A program made the translations under genes and the position numbers. Source: Atractiella rhizophila (Eukaryota). Taken from it: DNA of 21,789 nt. The notes beneath the pieces are model-generated. The model made no database searches. It was not told the origin of the DNA and was given only the letters and a program-made list of their open reading frames with translations. This document shows positions 8,920-20,500 of this stretch, piece by piece (the stretch's first letter is position 1; the number at the start of each line of letters is the position of its first letter). The stretch is from positions 68,955 to 90,743 of the forward strand of contig MU271330.1 in assembly GCA_021432655.1 (NCBI GenBank), written 5' to 3'.

Positions 8920-11900
8920 ATGGCTAATGCTAATGCCCAAGTTGTGGAACTCGTCAATGAAAATGGAGGCGTAGAGGAGCTCGAAAACCAAGGAAAGGAG
9001 AGCTTGTTAGCGCAAGGTATGCCTTCTTATAACTAAGTGATAATGGGAAATTGAGTGTAGCGCCGGGTTAGAAACTTTTGACCTTACACTGTTGCTACCT
9101 GCACCGTCATATATACCGCCTAGTTTGCTCCACCCCACAACTTTCTCTACATTTCTGCCATCCCCCACTGAACCTCAAGAGCGAGTAACGATTGTTGAGC
9201 TCGATGGAAAATCCTACATGTCTTTGCACCTCGCCATTTCGCCTCTGGAAACAGTTCGAGAGTTGCGACAGTCATTGCTCGAATCCGATGAGGGGAGGTG
9301 GTTACCTGCTAGTTGTGGATTAGCGAAGGTTGGAAGTGAAAAGGAAGAATATGTTGGAGAATGGAGCGAGATTGGAAAAGTTTGGGAAGATGCTATGCCT
9401 GCGGAGGGAGAGAAGAGGATATTAAAAGTGGTCGACAGTCTGTGTCTGTTCACTTTTGCTGTTCTTGACCTAAAAGACGTGTAACAGGACCTCTTACTGA
9501 ACCAACAAGCCGAGTGCATATCCAAAAGTTCAGGGACTTCATCACTTCGACCCCGTCTAATCCTGGAGCTACAGCAAGTGGCACGGACTATGGGTTTGTT
9601 TACGACCCGAATGCCATGGCGATTGGAGAAGGCATTTCAGTGTTCCCTGGAGTTCGCGCACAAGCTCTTCCCAGGCCAGCCCCTTCTGAAGTAGAGGAGA
9701 AGCCTGAAACGAATGCTTCAGGAAAGAAGAACAACAAGGGGAAATCTAAGTCGAAACCCACAGAGTCCGGGGGTGAAGACACGTCAGCTGCCGACGCGCT
9801 CACACAGACGATGGAGAGGGTCAAGTCTTTCTGCTCCTCTGCTTCGAATATTGCCCAATCTCCTTTCGAGGTGTACACGTCAACCTTCCCTTCACCGCCT
9901 CAAGTTTCCTCACTCCCTCCTTACTTACGCTCCTTCTCCCTCTCTCAATGGAATCCCCCACCACATCCCCTTCGTCTGAGGAAGGGCCATCACTTTTACC
10001 TCCACGCTCAAATAGTCGAAGGCGACAATCTTCATATTACCAGTCACGCCGGAGGGTATACGATCAACCGCTCCGACAACCACCATTTCGATCCATCTCC
10101 TCGGGCTGGCCAGAGGTCGTACCCCACCCTTTGGGAACTTTTCTGTTCCATTTCTCCCGCCTTTAAAAGTCGACTGAACAAGACGCTTCAAATTCTTAGC
10201 GACGAAAACATTTGGCTCCTCACCGGCGGTGGAGGAGTTATTCCGGATGACCCGCCTCTTTCTTTCTTTTCCAAAGTTCAAATCCCAACTTACCCTCCCG
10301 CACACCCCTTCCTCGTCCCTCAGCCTTCCAACGTACAACCAGATGGAACTCGAATGCAGCTCCCTTTCCTCCAAGGATTCAAAGATCCCGCTGTCCGGGA
10401 CTGGAACGAAGAACTCGTCTCTTGTAGGGAAATGCCGCGGGCCAAACCTGCAGAGAGGCTGTTGCGCGAAAGGATGAAGGCGAGGGTGATGTGGGAATTG
10501 AGGGAAGAAATCGTCCGCGGTGTCGAGCGGATAGGTCGCGGTGAGATGGAGAGTTTAGTTCCATTCAGCGATCTGGACAGCGGAGAGAAGGAGAACTCAA
10601 CAGAGGAATCGAAGGAGACGCAGAAACCGGACGAACATACTTACGTTTGGAACGGCGTTCTCTACGTTAAGGCTGGAGGGGATGGCGCTCAGTTCAAAGG
10701 CTTCTTGGGAGGAGATGATGCTGCAAGGGTTGCTGCTGGTAAAGATGTACGAGGTGCAGAGACCTGCGAAGAGCTCGATATCGGTGCCGTTGGTGTTGGA
10801 GAAGGAGGAGAAACTGGGCTTGGATTACAGACTTTGGGCACTGCCGTCGTGGATTTCATGGGTGAACGTTGGGTTGGACAGTCCCTTTTGCCTGGGATAT
10901 TATGGCGAGCAAAGGAGGACGAGGAAAAGGCAAAGGATCCAGAGCGCGGCTTTTTGAGCGACGCGGACGTCCTCGAAGGGAACAAGGAACCCCCTCAAAC
11001 CAACTTCCGCATCGTCTACGGCCTTGCCGACCCCGATGATGTCGATAGCACAAAGGTCAACGCAGCGCCTTGGTTTGAGGAGAAGGCGAGGAAGGTTGGA
11101 GATCTGTTCAGAGTCGACAGGCACAACGTTGAACAGCCAGATGGTACCTCGAAGGAACTCGCTTTGAGTCGGGAGGTACATGGCTTGCTTGGAACGGATG
11201 GACGTGCATACCTCATTGACCTATGTTCGTATCCTATCCCTTTATGAACCTCTCTCATCAACTGAATAGACCGATTGTACCCGATGGATCTCGAGTTTCT
11301 TGAAAACGACCTCGAATCTGCCCCTTTCTCAGAGGTTTCGGCGGAATCGACCGCTGGTCCTTATCCTCACCGGTTAACACTTCTTCGACCAGAACTTCTT
11401 GATCGATACGTCCTACGACAGATTAGCAAGCACAGGATCGCAGAAGCGTCGTCCAAGTTGAAGGAGGGCAAAGCGACAGAAGAGAAGACGGAGGAGAAGG
11501 AAATCGACCTTGAGAACTCCATTTCGGAAGCCATGGACGCTCCAATTTCTCCTTCAGCGTCAGAGAAGGAGAAGAAGCTCGAGCCCACAGAACAGAAAGA
11601 ACCTGCTGAAGAGCAAGAGTTGCTTCCCAGGTTTAACACTGACGCTTACCTTGACCGTATATCGAAGGAGGAACACTTGAAGCCACTCACTGAAGATGAA
11701 TTGTCGAAGGAGCCTAAAGGCGTCAAAAATGTCCGCGAAGCTGCCAAATTCCTGAGAAATGAATTGCTTCGAGAATTTGTTCTGGAGACGGGATTGGCGC
11801 AGGGTCATGCTGTTCACATCGATTACGATGGGTTGGGCCTGACTCAACGGTTGCACGCCAAAGGTATTAACATGCGCTACTTAGGCAAGTTGGTTGCTGT

Positions 11901-13929
11901 TGTTGAAGACGTGAAGAAGGGCAACGAGTACGAGCAGGCTAAGTACGAAATGGACTTCACCCTTCGACTTCTAAAGGCACGTATGTTAGATTTGGAGTGC
12001 TCCGTCGCTTACACATATCCTGTAGGGCGCTCTGATTCGAGAGATGGTATTCCGGGCTTGCAAGCACCTCCTCCGCCGCTGGTTCCGCACAACCAACCGA
12101 TACGAAATCTCTAATATGCTCTCACACTTTTTCAACTGCCTTCTTACTCCCTCCTCGACTGCTGCTACGATTACCCCCGACCTCAGTGACCTTATAGACA
12201 TTCAACCCTCTGAACCTGTTTCTGAATGGCTGTCTGCCACTCGCGAATCCGTCAGAGCAGACCTGATCCACATCATTGCGACACGTTTCAGGTACTGTTT
12301 GGCTTCCGACTACTTCGAGAATGATCTCCCTCGCGCTCCTCTGCTGAGGGAGATTTGCAAGCGAATGAACATCCAGCTCGCCTTGAAAGAGTACAAGTTC
12401 GAGTGGGAGAGCGAAGAGACGGAGTCGGAGGAGCATCATTCTCCTGAGCTCGGAAAGGTTCACCTGAATGGCAATGCACACGACAACGGACCGGTCAACG
12501 GACCGGTCAACGGACAGGTTAATGGGTCATCGAAAAAGAAGAAGTCTAAGAAAGGAAAGGCGGAGGTTGAAAAACAGCGCAAGACATTAAGCGTCGTTGC
12601 CCCCGAAGATGTGATTAACATTGCTCCTGTCGTCAAGTCAGTGCTGCACAAGGTATGTGTTCTCGTTTTTGCCACACTCTCAGTTCACTGAACCACCTTA
12701 CAGTCCCGATACGCAGACTTGATGTTTGACCAAGGACGCATTGCCTTCCTTCGCGGACATCTTGAGGGCGGACAAGAATTACTGCAGGACGCCCTCACCT
12801 ATCACGAACAGATCTTTGGACCCATTCACCCAACCATGGCTGCATTCTACGGAGCACTTGCAATGCTGTACCATCAACAAGGTCGAGAGCATTTCCAACG
12901 TCTGACTCTCTTCGAAAGCGCCCAAGCTGAGCTTCAAGCGGCAAATGATGATGAGAAAGAAGCAGCCGCACGCCGATTGGAGGAACGCAGTATCGAGAAT
13001 CCAGACATTCTCAGGATGGAAGCTGAGAATTACATACACACCTCCATCAAGATGATGCGGCAGGCGGCTGTCATCTCCGAACGCGCGACCGGCATAGATT
13101 CGTTGGAAACAATCCAGATCTATCAAGAATTGGCTGCAATTGAGCTGAGCATTGGAAATATAGAAATTGGAATCCATTTGATCGCTCACACCCTGAAGCT
13201 CATCAACGCCGTCTATGGCTTAGGTCATCCTGACCAGGTCAAAGTCATTGTGAGTTCATTTTTGGCAGACATGTACCGAATTAACCAGCTAGATAGAATA
13301 CGGCATCCATCATCGTTCAACAGCTATTTGGAAATGTGGCAGCTCTGCCTATTGTCGAACTACAAACCAAAATTTCCACTGACATCTACCAACATCCATC
13401 CGCTGTTCCAACTTCCGAACATTCGTCCCTTCTTCCTCATCCTACTCATGGTTCTAATCTCTACTCTCTTGGACAACTACATACTATCAACGGCGACCTC
13501 TCAGCGTGTGTCAAGTTCTGCAATCAAGCATTGAAAATTTTCGAGGCAACTCTTGGACCCTCGTCCCCCCAATCGCTTGAGTGTCGCAACGTTCTCGAAA
13601 TAGCGATGAAGACCGAAGTTGGGAGGAAGAAATCTGAGCGTGAACGGCTCGTAAAGCGCCTTGGAATCAACGGGGAACGTATCGACGCTATCCGTGCGGC
13701 AAGGATGGAGAAAGAGAACAAGGAAGAAGAGCAAGTCATTCGACCCTTCTCGACCGCCGTGGGCGACATATCGGTCGAAGCTTTGGCATCATGGGTAAAC
13801 GGTGGAAGTTTGCCCACAGCGAGCACATCAGCCAAAACCATCAAAAGCGTTCCATCTACAAGAGCGAGGACGAGTTCCATCTCTACGCCTCCCACGCCTA
13901 AGAGGGGTAGGAGGAGAGGGAAGAAGTAA
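8920..13929 (+). CDS. CLU1: Clustered mitochondria protein Clu1/Tif31 (CLUH family): CLU_N, CLU, central and TPR regions, about 7 coding exons
   Basis: Motifs LSQWNPPPHPLRLRKGH, RDWNEEL, AARVAAGKDVRG, TAVVDFMGERWVGQSLLPGI, GLLGTDGRAYLIDL|YRLYPMD, YPHRLTLLRPEL, LHAKGINMRYLG, EMVFRACKH, EQIFGPIHP, ISERATGIDS, YGLGHPD. Consecutive ORFs are joined by short introns; ATG 8920, TAA 13927-13929. Confidence 0.96.
12484..12519 (+). repeat. Coding minisatellite, 3 x 12 bp (CAACGGACCGGT), encoding NGPV-NGPV-NGQV in a Clu1 low-complexity loop
   Basis: Directly visible: caacggaccggt caacggaccggt caacggacaggt. Confidence 0.9.
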
Positions 13930-14694
13930 TTGGCGGTACCAAAAGCTCCTTTGTGGGGAGTAAATGGTAAATGTTCGTCTTTCTGTTCATTTGTTATGTT
14001 TTGATGCCGTTTAAAACTTTCATGACCAACCCAATGAGCATACGCTTCTCTTTGATATCAGAAAAGTTCAAGTAGTCAATTCTTGGTTAATATTGTTGTC
14101 ATATCGAGACTCTTCATCGTTTGTCCATATCTTTACGAACACCTTGCACGAGCATTACGAGCATTATATTCATAGTCTGCTGGTAATCAACACCACTCAT
14201 TACTGCAAAATACACTATTCGATTTGCCAACATCCTGTGCCACGCATGTGCCTCCCCGCCTCTTGCACTAACTTCGCTTCTCATTCAACCACAATGTTAT
14301 ACTCTCATTTATTTTGGACACAATCCAACGCCAGTGCTCGTCTACTGTAATCCAAGTAAGCCGGCCCCTTCGGTTGCTATCTCCCTCCCGCTGCTCCCGC
14401 CCACCTCCTCACGCAATTCATCGTCGAATCTGTCGAATCTGGTCGAATGCGAATGGCCGATTCTAAACAATGCATTGGCAGAACTTATTTCAGCTTTAGC
14501 GCTCCGTCCACCCCGTGGAGCGCACCCCACGTAACACGCAACCGCCAAGCAATTGTCAAACAATTTTAGCAGCGACAGATTATCGCGCGGAGGGCTAACT
14601 ATACCCATTCGTGACCTCAAGACCTCAGCCATACCGTTTATCCTTTAATGAGACTGTGGGGACGAAGGAGTAGTGCCATTAGGACCAGATGCGA

Positions 14695-14700
14695 TATAAA
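14695..14700 (+). promoter_or_regulatory. Probable TATA box of the MFS transporter gene
   Basis: TATAAA about 120 nt upstream of ATG 14818, followed by a pyrimidine-rich stretch. Confidence 0.5.
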
Positions 14701-14817
14701 TCCCCTGCTTTCTGTCGCAGTCCTTTTTCCGCTAGATACTTTGTCTAGTGCGCTCAGTATCTGGGTTAACGAAGGGGACTTTCAACTTGAAGGATAAACA
14801 AACATTCAACCCTCGAA

Positions 14818-17315
14818 ATGGAGGACGAGAAAAATATACGAGTTTACGACGCCACGGAACACGAAAAGATGAGGAGAAGGGTGCTTTGGAAGGCGAGTGC
14901 CTCCAGCCTCGCTTACGACGAATTTTGACTCTGGCCTCTGTAGCTTGACATCCATGTCTTACCGCCCCTAGCTTTCTTATGGTCAGTGACTGCAGCATCC
15001 CCGACTGCTGCTCATTGATTATCCAGGTTGGCAAACTTCATCGATCGCGCCAACGCCGGAAACGCTCGCATGTGCCTCTCTTCCCACTCTGACGTTAACA
15101 TCATTAAAGAAAATGGGTAGAGCCGGTCTTGAAAAAGATCTTGGACTTAAAGGAACACAATTCAACACTTGTCTTGCAGTCTTTTATGCTGGTTACATAT
15201 GTTCAGAGTTGCCTTCCAACTTGATTCTCAAGCGCGTGGGGGCGAATTACTGGTGTGTCCTGCAGTCTGATAATGATTGCGAACTGACGAAGACGAAGGC
15301 TGCCCACCTTGGTCATGTTAGACTGAACTCTCCCGCATCCTCCGTGCTGAAATGCATTGCAGAGCCTGGGGTGTAGTCACAACACTCACTGGTCTGGTTC
15401 AGAATTTTGCCGGCTTCGCCTCTATCAGAGTCATCTTGGGAATATGCGAAGGTGGTCTCTTACCAGGGTAGGTGGTATTGTGCTAATTCAGCATAATATT
15501 TAATTTATTTCATTAGGATGATTCTGTACCTTTCAACATTGTACCGAAGACATGAGCTGCAGATCCGTGTCGGAGTATTTTACGCCTCTGCCTCGCTCTC
15601 CGGAGCTTTCGGTTCCTTTTCCTTTTTGATATTTCGAGCTGCCTTGTTTAATAATGTTTAGGCGGCCTACTGGCAACCGCGATACTCAATCTTGATGGAC
15701 GAGCTGGATTGGAAGGTTGGCGATGGTACGTAGTCGCGACATACTCTCTGTGATTGCTCAGACGAGATTACAGGATCTTCATTCTAGAAGGTAAGAATAA
15801 CACATAAAGACAATCCTTTCTAAAGCGTCTTGATGTAGGGATCGCGACATGCGTTATTGGGGTCATAACGTCTTTCATCCTTCCACAAAGTTTAGCGACC
15901 GCCAAGTTTCTGACACCAGAAGAGAGAGATTTTGCGAGTATGCCTTGGCTCCCCTTTAGTCGTCGCCATGTTAACAACAGTGCAGTACATCGATTCCATG
16001 CTGATGCAGCCTCGACATACCAAACCACAGCAGCAGCCTCACCAGCCGAAGCCAGAGGTGTGCGTTTTTGATGCACAGAGGCATGGTGTGCTGATGTTCG
16101 AAGATTCTGATGAGCACGAGAAAATCGATTCAAAGGTCGACGATGCGGAGCGGGTGGAAAGAGCCAATACACTTGATTTCGATCCTTATAAGATCAAGGA
16201 GCCTTTCGAATGGAAGGAAGTAAGGAGAGGCATATTCGATGTACAGACGTGGTTGACAGGCTTGAGTTATTTGGGGCTGTGCATGAGCTTGTACAGCTTC
16301 TCGCTGTTCCTGTGAGTTTTTCATTACCTCGTTAGAACCCCGCCTCATGCTACGTTGACAGTCCAACTATTATTGCAAACTTAGGATACTCAGGCCCTCA
16401 CGCACAGTTGATGACTGTTCCCCCTTATGTACGAATTTTCTTCCAAGTGTCCGCATTTAACAAGCTTTCTAGGTTCCAGTATGTACTATTAGTTCATTCA
16501 GATCCTCCGTGCTAAGATTTGGCAACGATGATAGGCAGTCTGTAAGCTTGTCGTTCAGAGTGATAATCGGGCAGTTACTGAGCGTACATGCAGTTCTCAC
16601 GGTGGTGGTAGCATTCCTCGCAGACAAATATAAAGCTCGTGGTCCTTTCATGATGGTTCGGCACGCTGCTCTACCTATCCTGTTTTAATTAAACTCCAGG
16701 TCTTATACCCCATCTGCGCCATAGGCTACATCATCTCATTGGCAGCGAAGACGAATACGGGCAGATACGTTGGGACTTTCTTTATAGCCGCTGGTATCTA
16801 TCCGTCAGCTCCGTGTATCCTTTCCATTTTGCCAAACAATCACAGCGGACGTGAGTTGGAGTCGATGCGCTGATGAAAAGTTGTTCATCATGTGAGATAG
16901 ATTGGAAACGAGCTTCGAGTACTGCGCTGCAGCTCATGATTGCCAACTGTGCAGGATTCGGCGGTTTGTCTCTTAACTTGACTGGCTAGTGGCTGTCTAA
17001 CTTTACGGTGGTGTAGCAACCTTCGTCTACACCAAAGATCAGATCCCAACTCACTATCGCAAAGGACACGCCATTGTGCTCTCCTGCGTCGTAGTTGCAT
17101 TCTGCCTCATCACATCAAATGTCGTGTACTGCGCAAGGGAGAACAGAAAACGAGCTGCCGGCGAAAGGGACGGGAATATCACCGCTTGGGAGAATAGGTC
17201 GCCTAAGCTGGATGGGCAAATTATTGGTATTTCTTCGCTCACGAACCTCGTTTGCACAGGCTGATTGCGTGTTCCCACAGGTGACAGAGATCCCAGCTTC
17301 AAGTTGACATTGTAA
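14818..17315 (+). CDS. MFS transporter, anion:cation symporter (Dal5/Tna1 allantoate/nicotinate permease-like) family, about 20 exons
   Basis: Spliced: RVLWK|LDIHVLPPLAFLW|LANFIDRANAGNARI|AGLEKDLGL...SELPSNLILKRVG...LGICEGGLLPG|MILYLSTLYRRHELQIR...GLEGWRW|IFILEG...FLTPEER...SLFL|PTIIANLGY...AQLMTVPPY...GDRDPSFKLTL*. These are hallmark motifs of the family; the substrate cannot be assigned. Confidence 0.93.
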
Positions 17316-17560
17316 ATAGAGAAACGGTTATGGTAGATGTTGACCGATGTGAACGGTCGTTCTGCTCATAATCTGTTCGGGACTTATTCCTTGGACCTTT
17401 CAAACGTAAAGGGGTTGAGATAGAGAGGTGTAAAAGACACGGGATCCGATACGAATGGCAATGAATTCCCCTGTTTCTACTTTGGATCTGCCTGAGATGG
17501 AATTTTATAATGTCAAGAGGGACAAGTCAACAGTTCACCTGGGAAAAGTAAGATCATCAA

Positions 17561-20500
17561 TTATGGGAGAATCACGGCTGTGCAGTCTCTCTCCTCCGGT
17601 CCCTGTCGTTTTTGCTTTAATTTTCGAATGTTCCTAATGAAATCAAGGTGCTCCTGAAACTCATCAAGACGAGACCTGGCAAGTCTCTCTTGATTTGAGA
17701 GTCGTTCAAGATTCCTCATCTACCGTTTCCGTTTCTAGTTCAGTACCTCTGGCCAAATGAAGTAGGAAAAGACAGTACCAGTATGCTCCTCTCAACTTCA
17801 AAGTCCGCCTCCCGAATCTCTTTCCATCCATCATGCCTCGTGCACTTCTTCTTTGGCAGCAGGCAGGTATAACCTTCGCCTCCCTCCCTCCCTTCCTCTG
17901 TAATTCCCTCCCTCCAAGCTAGAGCCTGCTTGCCTTCCTCACTCTCAATCCAAGCCTCGAACTCCTTGTCGCTCCACACTAGCCTGACATCGAATCCGCA
18001 AGGGGCCTCATCTTTTGCGTGCCCCTGAGCCTTCTTCGTCTTTCCCGATTTCTTACTCTTCTTACCCTTCTTCCCAACTAGCTCTACTTCTTCTTCGATG
18101 TCGGGTAACACTCCCCCAGCAGCCTTGATAGCCGCCAACGTCGTGCGCAAGAGCGAATCCCATCGTTTGATAGCAACCTGGAGAAACTGAAGGCGGGCAT
18201 TCACGAGCTCGACGTGCTTTTGAATACCACTTCGCTTTGCTTGCAACTCCGTCATCCGTCCTCTAAGAGCAACAAGGCGTTGAACATCCGCCTCTTCCTC
18301 CGTCTCCTCTTGTCGCTCCCTCGAAGCTTCGTTCCCCATCTCCTTCATCACCAGATCTTCTCTCTTCACACTTGAATTTGTACCCCGCGCTCCTTTTACA
18401 ACTTCCCACAGTCGCATTGGCTCAATACCGCTCTCGAGTAAACGCAGCGCTGCTACTTCTGTACCGCAATAATCGGAACAATATTTCGAGAGATGCTCTC
18501 GTGGTTTTGGGCAGCCGTTTCGAAGGCATTTCTGTCGGAACGTGGTGTGGAACTCCTCTACTCCCTTCCATCATTCCAATGAGATTAAGCAAAACGCAAA
18601 AACAAACAATCCAACAATCCCGACAAAAAAAAAAGGCAAACAACCCAAACCGAGCCTCCGCCAAAATGCAAAAAGCAAAGGGGAAACAACCCGCCCAACC
18701 AAGAAGCCAGTAAAAAGGCAAACCAAGAAGCATCATGATAACAAACACCGACCTATCACATTGGATCATCGAACGCGTCTCATCGTACTTGTCATGGCAA
18801 GCGAGAGAACAGCACGAGGCAGGATGTGTGAACAGCAGAACCATGGCGATTGTTCGATTAAACGGGCGAACGGTGAAATGTCAATAAGCGCAATTGATTG
18901 GACAAAGAGGAAAGCATAACGACAAACACATAAGTCAGATGCAGCATTGTTTGAAAAGGTGGAAAGCGAGCGTACCATCTCTCTACAAACGCAGTAGACC
19001 CTCCAATCCTCCTCCTTCGCATTCTCTTTCTCCTCCGGATCCATGCTCCGCATAAACTCCTCCTCTGCCTCTCTTCGCAAACGCTTTACACGCTCGCTTT
19101 CTGTCTCCCCTAGCGGTGCCGGGGTTTCGGACGGTTTGTTCGTCGCATTGGCAGTTTTTGAACGTGTTTGGCGCCGTGACTTTCCTTCCTGTATAATTTG
19201 TGAGCGACACAGCTGATGAAGAACAAAGCAACACGACCTTTGCACTTCTTGGCGTAGTAGAATCAGCGGTGGGTTTTGGCGCTGCTTTTTTCACCTGTCA
19301 GTGTGTATCAGTATTTGACTCGTGTAATGAACATGAAGGGGCATGACAACGTTGGAACTACTCGACCACAAGCACTTTGGAGCAATCATACGTAATTCGG
19401 ATCGTTGGCATCTTCCAGTCCAACCCAGATGAACAAGTTGAAGCAAATTAGCGTACCTTCGGCTTCTCCTCTTCCTTAGCCTTCCCCTTCCCTTTCCGGT
19501 CCTTCTTCTCCTTCTCCTTCTTACTCTCCTTCTCCATCTCTAACGGTGATGGCATCGACTCTTCCCGCTCCGGTGGCACATTCACCTCTACCTCCATCTT
19601 TACAATTGGTTCTTCCTCTCCATTCCCAGACTCAAGCATCAAGCGGATCATCTCCTCGTGCTCTTCATCATGCTGGACTCGCAGGAGCTTAGGTGGAACG
19701 GGAGAGATGATATCGATGTATATGGCTGGATTGGTGTATTCTTGGGTGAGCGTTATGGGTTGATCTGTGCCGCAATAATCGGAGCAATATTTCGAAAGGT
19801 GCTCTCGTGGTTTTGGGCAGCCGTTTCGAAGGCATTTCTGTCGGAACGTGGTGTGGAACTCCTCTATTCCCTTTCATCATTCCAATGAGATTACTGCAGG
19901 CTGCAGAACGAACCATTCGAGCATTCCGGGCAAACGAAAAGGTCAATCAGCTCAACCGTGTCTTCGTCCACATTGCAACAGTCAAGGTGGAACCATCCGT
20001 CGCACCTATGAGTCAGTTAGAACGTCGAGCAGGAAGGATCTTGATGCCGAATGCCAACCTATCACATTGGATCATCAAACGCGTTTCATCGTACTTGTCA
20101 TTGCAAGCGAGAGAACAGCACGAGGCAGGATGTGTGAACAGCAGAACCATGGCGATTATTCAATTAAACGGGCGAACGGTGAAATGTTAATAAGCGTAAT
20201 TGGTTGGACAAAGAGGAAAGCATAACAACAAACACAGAAGTCAGATGCGGCATTGTTTGAAAAGGTGGAAAGCGAGCGTACCATCTCTCTACAAACACAG
20301 TAGACCCTCCAATCTTCCTCCTTCGCATTCTCTTTCTCCTCCGGATCCATGCTCCGCATAAACTCCTCCTCTGCCTCTCTTCGCAAACGCTTTACACGCT
20401 CGCTTTCAGTCTCCCCTAGCGGTGCTGGGGTTTCGGACGGTTTGTTCGTCGCATTGGCCGTTTTCGAACGTGTTTGGCGCCGTGATTTTCCTTCCTGTAT

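Noticed and set aside
9214..13895. Numerous minus-strand ORFs overlapping CLU1
   Set aside because: Antisense shadows of a long coding sequence with no independent motifs.
14093..14632. ORFs 14093-14350, 14334-14534 and 14342-14632 between CLU1 and the MFS gene
   Set aside because: Short, no motifs or convincing splice structure; best read as terminator and promoter sequence.
18588..18747. Pseudogenisation of the downstream PHD exon
   Set aside because: The hidden component sequences decode to an intact exon with only synonymous changes, so the damage is most likely computational.
18588..20055. Diversity-generating retroelement-like template/variable repeat pair (A-rich copy versus diversified copy)
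   Set aside because: Mismatches are not confined to adenines (C vs T/G and G vs T also occur), no reverse transcriptase is in the window, and the shifted-overlay rule explains 97/100 bases.
18372..20225. Plus-strand ORFs (18372-18713, 18542-18919, 19807-20190, 19848-20225), including the Lys/Gln/Asn-rich ones
   Set aside because: They are antisense shadows of the Spp1-like gene; the Lys-rich translation comes from the T-depleted artefact tract.
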